Positions 1-13,100 of a stretch of DNA of 64,000 bases are shown here, piece by piece (positions within the stretch are counted from its first letter, which is position 1; each line of letters opens with the position of its first letter). The stretch lies in NCBI GenBank assembly GCA_964016885.1, contig OZ024743.1:284332001-284396000 (forward strand). Direction: 5' to 3'. The stretch is from Eledone cirrhosa. Lineage: Eukaryota. Below the pieces are notes generated by a model. It saw only the letters and a list, made by a program, of their open reading frames with translations. It was not told the DNA's origin and searched no databases. A program made the position numbers and the translations under genes.

Positions 1-1080
1 AGTAAGTGGTCAGGCAAGAAATTCCAGTTATCATCTATGTCATACAACTCTAAATCGTCTTCTTTTTCATTTATATTTATATTTTAATGAAAGGTCTTTT
101 AGCTTCCCAGGCCTTTCTTTTCCACACCTTCCTGTATGTCTCATTCTTTCTCTTGCTTACTGAGATGCCACTAACGACTAACCTATGCTGTGGGGTACAT
201 TCATCCCCAGGGTATGCCTTAGTATTTGACACCATTTGTCTGTCTCGCTGTCAAACTAGCAGGAAGTCAATCTGGCTTACGTGCTCACCTGATTTGTAGG
301 TTATTAGGTGGTTGGTAGGCTTCTGGAAGTTAGTGTTGCAAAATTCAAGAAGCCTCACTCCTTCTTCATTTCTTGAGCTGTAACTGTGCCCACCATGCAC
401 CCCAGTGTATCCATCCTGGAGCTGTCCAACATGACCATTGAAGTCCCCTGCTAGCATAACAATGTCTCTGTCCTCTGTCATTGACGCTGTTTGTAAAAGT
501 TGTTCATAAAAGCAGTCTTTCTCTTCTTTACGTAGGCCTGCCTGGGGAGCATAGGCAGAGATGATTGTCAGTAGTCCCCTGCCTACACCTAACCTAAGCT
601 TAATTATTCTATTATTAACTCAAACTACCTCTATTGTCTTATTGATCCACCTCTCAGCCAGTAATATGCCTACTCCACCTAACCCATCATCATTACCCAC
701 CCAGAAAAGCTTATAACTACGATGTTTGCTTGCGATTAGTCTTGCAGAGGCACCTCTTGCACACAGCACACATCCACATGCCTTCTCTCCAGCATCTCCG
801 CTATCTCACCAGATCTACCTGTTAGAGTTCCAACATTAAGTGTGGCAACTCTGAGATGCAACATCTCGTTCTTTTTCCTGTTGTGCGATTGCTTTATAAC
901 GGTTGTAGTGTTCTCACACATGGCCTCACTAACCACCCCACTATCATACGCAGTTGTTGTGCGATTGCTTGATGACGGTCGGGAGGTTCTCGCACATGGC
1001 CGCACCAGCCACCCCACTACTGTGCGCAGCCCTAACATGGTTAGTGTTATTGCTGTTTACGCAGTTGTTGCAAATTTCAT
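1..1080 (-). mobile_element. RTE-clade LINE, 5' part with APE endonuclease (disrupted); runs off the window start
   Basis: ORFs 736-1038 and 251-481 give LRVATLNVGTL...DVCCVQEV, AGDFNGHVG and SQIDFLLV, which are APE endonuclease motifs. Stops and frameshifts are present. A ~77-bp tandem duplication lies at 880-1030. Confidence 0.9.
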
Positions 1081-1357
1081 TCGTTGTGCTCATAGTTTTT
1101 GGCAGTAGTATATATACTGGTTGGATGCCCTTCCTAACACCAGCACCACTTTACAGCATGGACTGGGTGCTTTTATTCATGCCACCAGCACTAGAGAGGT
1201 CATCTTACCGGACTCAGGAGGCCTATACTGGGTGCTTTTATTTGTGCCACCAGCACTAGAGAAGTCGTCTTACTGGACTCAGGGGCCCTATCCACCCCTC
1301 CTTTTTACAGCATAGACTGGACGTTTTTATTCGTGCCACCAGCACTTGGGAAGTTAT

Positions 1358-1587
1358 CATCATCATCATCATCATCATCATCATTTTACGACCGCTTTTC
1401 CCTGCTTGCAAGGGTGGGACGGGAACTGATTCTGGCTTGATTTCTACAGCTGGATGCCCTTCCTAACACCAACCTCATTTACAGTAAGTGCTGGGTGCTT
1501 TTTTGCTGTGGCACCTCCACAACCACTTTGCAGTGGAATGATAGGGATCCCAGTCCCTATCATCTCATTTCTACAGCTGAGTAAACT
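1358..1587 (-). mobile_element. 5'-truncated SINE (family A) with RTE-derived tail and (GAT)n end
   Basis: Near-identical to the 3' part of the full copies at 36705-37048 and 35929-36274; (CAT)n on the plus strand. Confidence 0.85.
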
Positions 1588-1748
1588 ATATTATATATAT
1601 ATATATATGCATGTAATATATATATATATATATATTAATAAGAGGAATTCCAACTGTCTGATTTACTCGTTTTATTTACAATCCTTTAAAATTTATAATG
1701 GTATTATAATGAAATAGTATGATAGAATATTAAATGTTAAGTGTTAAT

Positions 1749-1787
1749 TGAACAAGTACTTTCATGCTTTCGCAATCTTCAGGTTCA
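1749..1787 (-). ncRNA. Minimal type I hammerhead ribozyme motif (Penelope pLTR type)
   Basis: Minus strand: TGAAC-CTGAAGA-TTGCGAAAGCAT-GAAA-GTAC-TT-GTTCA. It has a 5-bp stem I, a GAAA-capped stem II, a palindromic stem III and triplet CUU. Confidence 0.7.
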
Positions 1788-2132
1788 TAATGTGTGGTGA
1801 CAGTCAAGTTTGCAATTTTCAACTGTAATGAGATGGGTAAATTTTGTACCTTATATACAGTGAAAAGTGGCTCCAGAATGCTGTATTTTGACCAATCGGT
1901 GTGTAGTTTCACTGAATTACTAAAGCTGATTGGTTTAGGCGTCACGGTTGGTTGAGCATGTCTAACGACCACTAATTGATCCTATCCAAAGCATCAATTG
2001 TTTTGCTATTTTTAGAAATGATGAAAATAGCATTTTCTAGTAATCATCACCATCAACATCACTTTTATTATTATTATTATTATTGTTGCTGTAATAACAA
2101 CAACAACAATAATATATATATATATATGTATG

Positions 2133-2168
<36 letters not shown>

Positions 2169-2483
2169 CATCATGTAGAGCTAATTTTAATGTCTTGTTA
2201 ACCAGGCTGCTATTTTTAGCGGCATGGGATTTCGAGTGAAGCTGGGTTCCGAAGACACGTGGTTTAAATCTTATAGCACGATTTTCAGTCGTCTAATATG
2301 TTTAGAAGAGAAAGGATCGCTAATTTCTCAACAACTACTGTGTAGCAGGGAAAAGCGTGGACTTCACTTAATAAGATGTTGCGAAACAGTTCCCAAAACT
2401 GTCTAGTTGTTACCAGGCATTTTGCCCAATATAGGTGTTATTTTTCTTAATTTACTACTTAAAATTATATATATATATACATG

Positions 2484-2528
<45 letters not shown>

Positions 2529-3246
2529 ATCTGTGTGCGTGTAAGCGGGTCAATGTCCGTGAATATGTTTGTGTGTATGTGTGTGCGTGTAAGCGGGTCA
2601 ATGTCCGTGAATATGTTTGTGTGTATGTGTGTATATATGTATTGTATGTATGGATGTGTATGTGTGCGTGTATATATATATACAGTCGCGTACGTACGTG
2701 TGATTAGATATACATGGGACGATATGTATGTATATGTATACGTGCATCCTGTGTAAGTATGTACGCATGCATACGCTTTTGTCTGTACGTATTGCGTGTA
2801 TATATATATTTATTTATAGATATATGTGTATGTACGCGTGTATCTTCTTTTCTTTTCTCTAGTGTTAATTGACTACTTTCTTTTTCATTTAAATATTTTT
2901 TCTTTCTCACATATTGTTTAATTTTTATACATATATCGAGAATGACACTTTCTTTTAACTATTACACTCCCTTCCCCCTTTATCTTCCGCATATAAGTAT
3001 CTAATACCTGCGTCTGGATTTGTGTCAACTAGATTGTATCCGTATTTGTGGTTACATATACACAAATATACTTGCCCTCATATATGTACTTACGCACACA
3101 TTTTCACCATACACACGCATTTGTACAGACATACATATGTACATTTGTGAGTGTATATACATACATATACACACACCAAACTATATTTCCTTATATTTTT
3201 TGCATTTCTTGAGGAGACTTTCCAAAAATTTTTCACTATGTTTTAT

Positions 3247-3324
3247 ATTGCCTTGTCCGACGAACAAATGAGGACGTTTCTTTCGTATTCGTCTTATTCA
3301 GGAAACCTCTGGTAATGAGGTAAT
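3247..3324 (+). ncRNA. Type I hammerhead ribozyme-like motif (variant core)
   Basis: attgccttgt-CCGACGA-(stem II aatgaggacg/cgtcttatt)-GAAA-cctctgg-TA-atgaggtaat. Stem I is 10 bp including G-U pairs, the triplet is GUA and the core has U4>C. Confidence 0.6.
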
Positions 3325-3421
3325 TATATTGTATTGTTTATTATACATTAAATTTTGCTCTGGTACTTACATAGAGCACTCTTCACTCCTATGACTTTTT
3401 CGATTCCAACGGAAACTTCAA

Positions 3422-3542
3422 TACCTATATATATATATATATATATACATGTTATATATATATATATAACATGTATATATATATTTATATATTACATGTA
3501 TATATATATATATATATAATATGTATATATATATTTATATAT

Positions 3543-3599
<57 letters not shown>
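3422..3599. repeat. (TA)n microsatellite / AT minisatellite
   Basis: Direct inspection. Confidence 0.95.
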
Positions 3600-3602
<3 letters not shown>

Positions 3603-4920
3603 GGGTCACTCTTGAGTCCTACTGGTAACATGTAACCCAGTACAACCTGTCACATGGTCGAGTCGTCGGCGACTAAACCGGCAACCCCACCAAATTTACT
3701 TGGTGACGAGGGTGATTTTGGACACCCTGCAGGACAAAAAACAAAACCTGACAAAGGGCGGAAGAACTCATAAGAGTCAACGGCTATCCAAAAGTGTGTA
3801 AATATGTATATATACACACACACATACATATATACCTATTCCTGATGATTTCCATTTCTGATCATTTCCATCGAATGAAACAGTTCTAGTCCTGTGGAAG
3901 CTATTTCTATATTAAATTTGTTGTATACACTCTACTAATGTATTGATTACCTTACTTACTGTGGTTAACCCTGATTGAACCTGGGACACACATATATAAT
4001 ATATATATATAAACACATACACATAAAAGACTATTTAATGGTCACGGCTGGAATATCATTAATCAAAGCTCTGCTCAATCAGATCTAGAGTTAAATCACA
4101 AAACTACTATTACAGCATTCTGAAAAAGTATCTTTCCTAAGTGATCCAGACAGATACAAACACATACCCCTACTAATAGTTCTCCTGACTGATTGTTATG
4201 AAATTGTTTACTTACACATTCCCACTTCTAACCCACAGATGTGCTGTTGTTCATTCTCTGCATTTATTACCACTACTATGAGGGCTTCTGATTAGAGTTG
4301 GTTGCTTTTATGTTACATCTAAGGTACTCCCAACTTATTCATCTCTCATCACCTATACTTCTGGCTCTTGGATTTCTCTACTTGCTGATGTTTTCTGTAG
4401 CTGATGACTTTCGATTTTTCTCACACAACATGCTTCTGCAAAGTGTTTGTCTACTAAAATCAAACACCAAGGTATTAGTCAACCTAAGGCTTTGGTGGAA
4501 GAAACTTGGCCATAATATCAACATATAACCCAAATGTAGCATCAAGGAAAAGTGGATGATAATGATGATTTTTCTTGTTCTCTGTGAGCCATGTGTGATA
4601 AGAACAAAATAGACAGAATTATAATAATATAATAACAAATTGTTAGAAACAGAAATTAACTCTGTTGAACAGCAGAGATAAAAGGGTGATGAAATTATTA
4701 TTACAAGCAGAAACACTGTTCTCTGTGAGGCTTTCTGTTAGTACATATACTGTGTGATTGTGTGTATGAGTTTCAATGTATACAAAAGTGAAAACTACAT
4801 TTTTGGTGTGCAAGTGCTACAAACTTGTACCAACATATTTGATCTTGTGGTCTATTTAATTTAATATTTAAGTATCAAATATACTTAAATATATTTACCA
4901 CCATTATTGATGGTGCAGAT

Positions 4921-5113
4921 CGGTGCAAGGTCGGTGAATTGGCAGTATCAGTAGAGGGTTGGACGCCATGCTTTCTAGCATAGTTACGTCCCTTTACAGT
5001 CTGAGTTCAAATCCCGCCGAGGTTAACTTTGCCTTTCATCCTTACGGGGTCGATAAAATAAAGTACCAGTAATGTACTGGGTAATTTCTGGCCTTGTGCC
5101 TAAAGTAGAAACA
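4921..5113 (+). mobile_element. tRNA-derived SINE family B (Meta-domain-like) with 18-bp target-site duplication
   Basis: A box tggcagtatcag, B box gagttcaaatcc, central gcctttcatccttacggggtcgataaaataaagtacc. TSD attattgatggtgcagat at 4903-4920 and 5114-5131. Confidence 0.85.
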
Positions 5114-5379
5114 ATTATTGATGGTGCAGATACACAATATTCCTCTCTGTCTCTGTGTCTGTGTCTGTGTGTGTGTGTGTGTGTGTAGTAATATTGCCAG
5201 GCAACGTCTTCATGAACCAAAGTATCGTCTTCCTGTTTTCCTTCGGTTGCAATGTTTTTCGAAATATTTACTTCTGCGTTCACAGATTGATTTTTTTAGT
5301 TTCAGAAGATCCCGTTAAGGGTGAAAGCAGCGATTCTTTGCTTAAACTTTAATCTGTTATTTTAATACACACACACATA

Positions 5380-5550
5380 TATTAGGATAATAACAGACTG
5401 GAAGAAGTTCAAATATCTATTACCATTGCTAACAAAATGATTTTCTCTCAGAGTGAAGGGTAGACTGTATGATGCTTGTGTGTGAACTGCAATACTACAA
5501 GGCAGTGAAACATGGGCCTTGACTGCAGAAGACCTGCAGAGACTAGAAAG
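5380..5550 (+). mobile_element. RTE LINE RT C-terminal fragment
   Basis: Homologous to 7445-7610 (KGRLYDAC...GSETWAL). Confidence 0.75.
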
Positions 5551-6334
5551 CACCATTTTCCGTTCATCTTAGAAAGCCAAATGGCTCAAAATATGCATGT
5601 AAACAACACTGTATTATCATTCTTAATTCTCCATGTTATTTCTCCATATCAATTTTTATGCTCTATCACTCTCATTCCCTCTTTTCTTCTCTCTCTCTTA
5701 CTTCTTTTCTGACCATTCTTCCGTTCATAAGAGGTTATATTTTAACAAAACTCCTTGCTATTCATTGTAGCAGCTGGCTGTTTTACAGCTATTTCAGCAT
5801 TTGAGGTTCCTACAATTTTACGGGATAATTCTGGCCAGATATGGCCAGTTTAAATGCTAAAGGATTAAACCCATATTAGATGGCAAAATCAGAAGAGCAT
5901 TGAACAACATTTCTTGTTCTATTTCATTATATGCCTCTACATTCAGTTAAAAAAACTGACTATATCCACTTTGCTTTTCCTTTGCCGAATAATATATTTT
6001 TATATAAGTTCTGGGTTCAATCTAGTTGTCTATACCCTAGGAGATGGTGCCCCAGTATAGCCACAATTCAACAACTGTAACCAGCAAAAGAATAAAAGAT
6101 TTGTTATTTCTATCATTATAATTAAGGCAGTGGATGGCAGAATTTGCAGACCCCTGTTCAAATACGTTTGTGGATTTTAATTAGGATCCTTTATGTTTTG
6201 AGTTAAAATTCTGCTTTCTACCAGAATTTATAAAATATGATGAGCCAAGCACCTCAGTTCATTTAATCAACTATGCCTGCTATGAGAATTCATGTCAGTT
6301 AGGTATCTTATTAGAATATTATAATGATAATTAT

Positions 6335-8243
6335 AGATATGAAGATGGGGAAGGCAATCGATCCATCGGGTATAGCTGCCGAGATGCTGAAGGCATCTGG
6401 GTCTGTAGGTCACACTATAACCACACGTATTGTTAACCAGGTAATACTAGAAGGTGTCATACCAAAAGATTGGTGCAGTAGCATCATTGTCATCTGCTAC
6501 AAAGGTAAAGGTGATGCACTAGATAGAGGAAACTATAGAGGTATAAAGCTGATGGACCAGGTCATGAAAGTAACAGAAAGAGTTATAGCACAGTTGATTA
6601 GGGACCGGGTGAATATAGAGGAGATGCAATTTGGGTTTGTGCCAGGAAGAGGCACCACTGATGCCCTCTTCCTTGTGAGGCAGTAACAGGAAAAGTACCT
6701 AGCTAAAAGTAAGCCACTCTACCTGGCATTCGTCGATCTCGAGAAAGCCTTTGACAGATTTCCACGTGCTATAATCTGGTGGGCTCTTAGAAAACTAGGA
6801 GTAGATGAATGGCTTGTGAAAGCTGTACAAGCCATGTATAGGGAGCAGTCAGCAAAGTTAGGATTAGCAATGAGTATAGCGAGGAATTTAGCGTACAGGT
6901 CGGTGTCCACCAGTGCTCTGTTCTTAGCTCTCTCCTATTCACCATAGTCCTGCAGGCAATAACGGAGGAGTTTAAGACCGGATACCCATGGGAACTCCTG
7001 TATGCAGATGACCTCGCACTTATAGCTGAATCTATGGTAGAACTAGAGAATAAATTTCAAACTTGGAAGCAGGGACTAGAAAGAAAGGGTCTCAAAGTCA
7101 ACATGATAAAGACTAAGGTCCTTGTAAGTAGACGAGAAAACAGAACCCAGATCCCCTCAGGGAAATGGCCTTGCTCAGTATGTAGGAAAGGTGTAGGTAG
7201 GAACTCCATTCTCTGCCCCAAATGCAAACAATGGGTACACAAGAGATGTAGCGGGATCTCAGGAAGCTTAATTAAGAATGTAGGCTTCACATGTAGCAGC
7301 TGTGTTGGGACAACAAGCAGCAAACAGCCACAGGAAACAAGGACCACCAAACTCTGGGAGGGCTCTGTAGAAACAGTAGACAGCTTCTGCTACCTAGGTG
7401 ACCGAATTAGCAGTGGAGGTGGGTGTTCAGAAAGTACAATAACTAGGGTAAGAACGGGAGGGAAGAAGTTCAGGGAACTACTGCCACTGCTAGCTGCAAA
7501 AGGCTTTTCCCTCAAAATGAAAGGCAGACTGTATGATGCATGTACGAACAGCAATGTTACATGGTAGTGAGACCTGGGCGCTGAAGGTGAAAGACTTACA
7601 AAGATTAGAAGAAACGAAGCCTGCATGCTCCGATGCATGTGTAATAGTAATATGTGCGAACGACAAATCATAAAAGAATTGAGAGAGAGACTGAGCATAA
7701 GAGGAATCAAATGGTGTGTGCAGGAGAGGCGGTTGCATTGGTATGGACATGTGATGCGTATGAAAGATGACAGCTGCATAAAAAGGTGCAGAGCACTAGA
7801 AGTCAATGGAAACCGCGGAGTGGGGAGACCCAAGAAGACCTGGGATGAGGTGATAAAAGCCGACCTTACCCAATTACACCTCTCAAAGGCGTCACGCAGT
7901 AATACAGAGTACCCGACCTCCCATGAGTACAAGCTGAAGCATATAGACAATATGCCCTCACACCCTCCCACTGCAAAGTGGTCATGGAGGTGCCACGGCA
8001 AAAAAGCACCCAGCCCACACTGTAAAGTGGACGTGTAGGCGCCACGGGAAAAGCACCCAGCACTCACTGTAAATGAGGTTGGTGTTAGGAAGGGCATCCA
8101 GCTGTAGAAATCAAGCCAAAATCAGTTCCTGTATGAGCAAGGCATGGTCAGCCAACCAGACACTGTCCACAACAGGACAACCCATCTAACCCATGCTAGC
8201 ATGGAAGAACGGACGTAAAACGGTGATGATGATGATGATGATA
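6335..8243 (+). mobile_element. 5'-truncated RTE LINE (RT, C-terminus, 3' UTR, (GAT)n tail); disrupted
   Basis: ORF pieces KGKGDALDRGNYRGIKL, QFGFVPGRGTTDA, LYADDL and RRLHWYGHVMR. In-frame stop at 6684-6686 and frameshifts. The 3' UTR contains ggtgttaggaagggcatccagc and ends in (GAT)n. Confidence 0.93.
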
Positions 8244-9647
8244 TTATAAACATTGTGAACACTGTATCACAGTTGGTACATTCCTAGTCAACTGACTCTG
8301 AAACCTTTATTGATTCCTTTTTATAGATTTTACATACATAGCTATTGGCTTCAAAGAAAGCACAAATATTAAAACATGCTTTGCAGCATGTAGTTATGGC
8401 CCTTTACGTTTTGAATTTAAATCCTGCTGAGGTTAGCTTAGCCTTTCATCCTTAAGGGGTCATTAAAATAAAGTACGAGTAATGAACCGGGGTCGATTTA
8501 ATAGACTTTCTCCTCCTCATCCTTTGCCTTTTATATATCTCTACTGCATTGTAACAGCCTTTGGAAACTTAGTAATTTATTATATATCTCACAATACTTC
8601 ATATTAACTGTACAACTTTATTATTAGTTTTCTTTTGTCAAGCAGCATAAGAATAATATCTTAAATGTGAGAAGTGTTTCAACAATTTAAACAATCAATA
8701 AAGTCCCAACAGATGAGGCATAACCAGTTTTACAATCTACTGTATGATTGGGTTTATAAAAATAAAATGTAGACATTTCCAACAATTCATATAAATTGCA
8801 TAACCATAGTTGCCTTCTAGGGTTCAAGTTGACTAATTTCTTGGTGTTAAATCGATGAGGGATATATCTCGTTCCAGGTAAAATGCATGTTTATCACAAA
8901 CAACATTGCCACACTTGTTATCTATTTCAGACGTTTAGGTGAACTGAGTTGAAGTGGAAAGAGTTAACCATAACCAGAGATAAGTTGAAAGACGTGTAAG
9001 AAGTTTCAACTTATTGCCAATTTAAGCCCAACAACCTATTGCAAATGGCAGCAACTAAAATGTGAGCAGACAGCATTCTTCTAACAAGGCTGTTTTAACA
9101 GTGAAAGAAAGATCAGAAACAAAAAGCTTTCTCTTTTTAAATTTAATGATAATCATTAGATAACAAATTTTATCTAATTCATATTATACTATAAATAGTT
9201 TCATGTCCATGAGCATAAGAGCTAAAATCCAAATTTTTAGAGCTTCATTTACAAAAATATTATTTAGGTATAATGTTGAATCCGTCCTGCTTTACGGCAG
9301 TGAAACGTGGATTATTGACAAAGTGCTATGCAAGAGACTTGACGGATGTTACACGAGGATGCTGAGGTCATCATCTATTAAACATGCTAATGAATGAGGT
9401 CTCTATGTATTCACCCGACCTACCAGAAATAACAGCCAAAACCTTTTCAAATTATACCTAGTGTCTTAAAAATAAAGACATTGGATAGTGTCATCCTATG
9501 ACTACTGCAGATAATTTTTTTTACAGAATTTTAAATAATGTTTTTATTATTTCTATATTTTGTAGAAATTATTTGCAGAGTAGATGCACCAGCTTCGTAT
9601 CCAAAGGGTTAATGCTACAAGGTTTGGTGAATGCCAGCAAAAGATCT

Positions 9648-10003
9648 TTTAGGCGGGGAGTGGTTGTCAGTCATCCCGTCTAAATGGTTATGGTTTACTG
9701 TCACATTTCAAACAAGGAATAAAGACATACCTCAATTTATGTTACAAAAAACATTTTTTATATGTAGGAGCAATTACAAAATATATACGAATACATTAAT
9801 GCTCCTAGGTTGGGAATATGTTTAAAACGTCAAATACTGCCAATTGGTGTTGGTGTCATCTCTTGAGCCGCTGCGTGATTATCACACGTCTATTGTCTTC
9901 AAATGTTATTGTCCAAGTCTGTTGTCTCAGCCACTGACGTCAGAACTAAGGGCAGTTAATCGACTGTGTAGGCAGTTGACGCTAGATGGCGTGATCTTCT
10001 ACA
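9648..10003 (-). repeat. 3' LTR of the Gypsy element
   Basis: Direct repeat of 14553-14908 with about 12 mismatches by hand count. In element orientation it reads TGTAGAAG...CGCCTAAA. A purine-rich PPT (ctggtgggaggcca) is adjacent at 10004-10017. Confidence 0.95.
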
Positions 10004-10186
10004 TGGCCTCCCACCAGATTTTTAGAAAATTAAATAAAAATCGGTTCATAAAAATCATGCATGTAGAAAAACCGATTAGCAATCAGCAAAAATCCCAAAC
10101 CAAGGAGCAATCAGCCCAACCGAGCATGAAGGGCACAAAAAATGTCATAAAATTTAAATACAATTTCCTAAAAGTTCCAAAAGTCA

Positions 10187-13100
10187 CTACAGGATTAAAG
10201 CACCGCAAAATAGCAGTTTAATAATATATTGTGCTACACAGTTTTTTTGGCCAATGAACCCTCCGACCGGAATGAATCGTAGTCTTATATCTTGGTGATG
10301 GGGTGGGGTGGGGTGGGGGGACGAAGAAGCAGGTGTGTGTGCGAAAGAAAAAGACGGGGGCACTTGTGGTTCAGGTGCGATAGCATCTGTATCCAAATGT
10401 GCTCGTTTGAGTCTATCAATAGAAACCGTCTCTCTGGAACCCTTAATGTCTACAGTGAAATGTTTCTCTGAACGAGCTAATACACGGTAGGGTCCAGAGT
10501 ATGGTTGTGTGAGAGGTGGTTTCACGGCATCGTTCCTCACTAACACATGGGTCCACGAGGCAATATCCTTTGGGACTGCAGATTTTACAGTTTGCTTCCT
10601 CGTATCCATCGGAGGCAGGTCCTGAAAATAAGAACACAGGCGGGATACGTAGGAAAGCGAATTTTGTTCAGCAAGATCGACTGGGGCAAGCATTTGCCCA
10701 GGTAACGCTAGAGGAGCACCATATAACAATTCGGCCGGGGAGAACCCAAGGTCCTCCTTTATTGTTGACCGAATCGCCAACAACACAATAGGGAGGTACT
10801 TACTCCAGTGCGTAGAGCCAGGAGAAGTCCGGAGAGTGGCTTTCAGTTGTCGGTGGAAGCGCTCCACCATTCCATTAGAGGCAGGATGATATGCAGTAGT
10901 TCGTATGCGTTTAGCGCCGATGATCATCGTCAATTCATGGAAGAGGTTCGATTCAAACTGCCTTCCACGGTCCGTGGTAATTGATGTTGGCACTCCATAT
11001 CGGGCGATCCAACCAGACACAAGGGTACGCGCTGTGGTCTCAGCAGTGATATCCCTCAAGGGGATGGTTTCAGGCCATCGCAAAAAACGATCGATTACCG
11101 TCAATAAGTAATTGTAAGCACCGCTGATGGGCCAAGGTCCCACGATGTCCACATGAATGTGGCGAAACCGGGCGTCCGGGTTACTAAAAGTACCAAGAGG
11201 AGTCTTAATATGTCTATGAACTTTGGATTTCTGGCAAGCAACACAGGAACGGCACCAGACAGTAATTTCACGTCTCATATTTGGCCAGAAGAATCTAGCC
11301 GTTATGAGTTGTACTGTGGCAGAAGATCCAGGATGTGAAATGCTGTGCAAAACAAGAAACACAGTTCGACGATGGTTCAACGGAACAAAAGGGCGTGGCG
11401 TATCCAAAGAGACATCGCAGAGGATCCGTCCCTCTGCGGTCGGTAAAGGTAGGTATTTCATCCTGCAACTCACAAATTCAGGTGATGTAACATCCAATGA
11501 TTCGAGAGTAGGCTGATCGGCTGCCAAGTGATTCAAATCTATGTCATCGGGCGACGAGATTGAAGTAATCAGTAAATGAGACAGGGCGTCGGCCGCTGTA
11601 TTCATATGACCCGGAATATGTTGAATATCATTTGTAAACCGAGAGATGAGGTCAAGATGTCTAGTTTCTTTAGGCGAGTATTTGTCTGCCTTAACTTGCA
11701 AGGCGAATGTCAACGGCTTGTGGTCCGTGAAGATAGTAAACGTTCTTCCCTCAAGCATGTGCGAAAAATGTTTCACTGATAAATATATTGCTAGCAACTC
11801 CCGTCCAAAGGTGCTGTAGCGGGTTTCGGCGGGTTTCAGCTTCCTGGAGAAGAATTCCAACGGTTGCTGTTGATTGTTTCTACTTTGCTGCAAAACCGCG
11901 CCCACGGCAGTATCCGACGCATCAACACAAAGCGAAAGCTTAGCGTTGGACACTGGGTGAGCCAGCAAAGATGCATTGACTAGAACAATTTTCGCGCTCT
12001 CAGAATCCTGGAGCTGAGTTTCATTCAAAGAAATGTCTCTATTTTTCTTTCGACAATTTTTCAAAATTTCCGTCAAAGAGAAGAGTAGCTTAGCACAATT
12101 AGGCACAAACCGCCTATAAACATTAATCAGCCCCAAGAACTGGTGCAACTGACGAAGTGAAGTTGGTGGAGGCAAATCCTCTATAGCTTTAACTCTATCA
12201 GGAATAGGTCGAATACCGTCAGCATCAATGACGTGACCCAAAAAATCCAAAGATTCGGAACCAAAAACACATTTTGATGGATTAATCCGAACATTGTAAT
12301 TCTTCAATTGAGAAAATAGACGTTCCAGATGGCGCAAATGCTGCTCTGGAGAAGAGCTCACAACAAGGTCATCAATGTAGGTGTATTCAAAGTCGAGGCC
12401 ACGAGTGACCTCATCCATAAAATGCTGGAAGGTGCTAGCAGCATTCCTTAACCTGAAAGGCATGGTTAGAAATTCAAAAGATCCAAATGGCGTAGTTATA
12501 GCCGTTTTCGGGATGTCGTCTCTATTGACAGGAATATGGTTGTAGGCTCGTATCAAATCGAGCTTTGAAAAAATGTTGCAACCTTGCAACGAGGATGCAA
12601 AATCCTGCAAATGAGGGATAGGATACCGATCCGGTACGGTCATCGAGTTCAATCTTCTATAATCTCCAGAAGATTTTGGCACCATGTGTAATGGAGATGC
12701 CCACGGGCTCGTGGAAGGACGAATAATTCCAAGCTGTAGCATATGATCAAACTCGGACCGTGCTGCTTTCAATTTATCCGCTGGCAATCGACGATGACGC
12801 GAAAAAACCAGAGCGCCAGTTGTAATAATAAAATGCTCCATAACGTGACCTGGATCAGTGACTCTAAAAATTTCATGAGTCAATTGCGGGAACGATTTCA
12901 ACAGTCCATGATATAAGTTTCCAGAGTTAGCAATAAAGAAAGTCGGGCTAATTGTAGAAAATTCCGCCGTCCTGCCACAAAGAGAAAAACCAGTTATATC
13001 GTTAATCAGTCGTTGGTGACGAACGTCCACCGTCAAAGAAAAATGGTGCAGGAAGTCCGCGCCCAAAATCGGGTATGGCAGATCAGCAACAGTGAACACC

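Noticed and set aside
1270-1330. Twister-ribozyme-like taaaaaggagggg on the minus strand upstream of the RTE
   Set aside because: The P4 and pseudoknot elements of a twister ribozyme could not be identified.
9844-10221. 125-aa plus-strand ORF, repeated in part at 14749-14943
   Set aside because: It is an antisense reading of LTR sequence with no recognisable domain.
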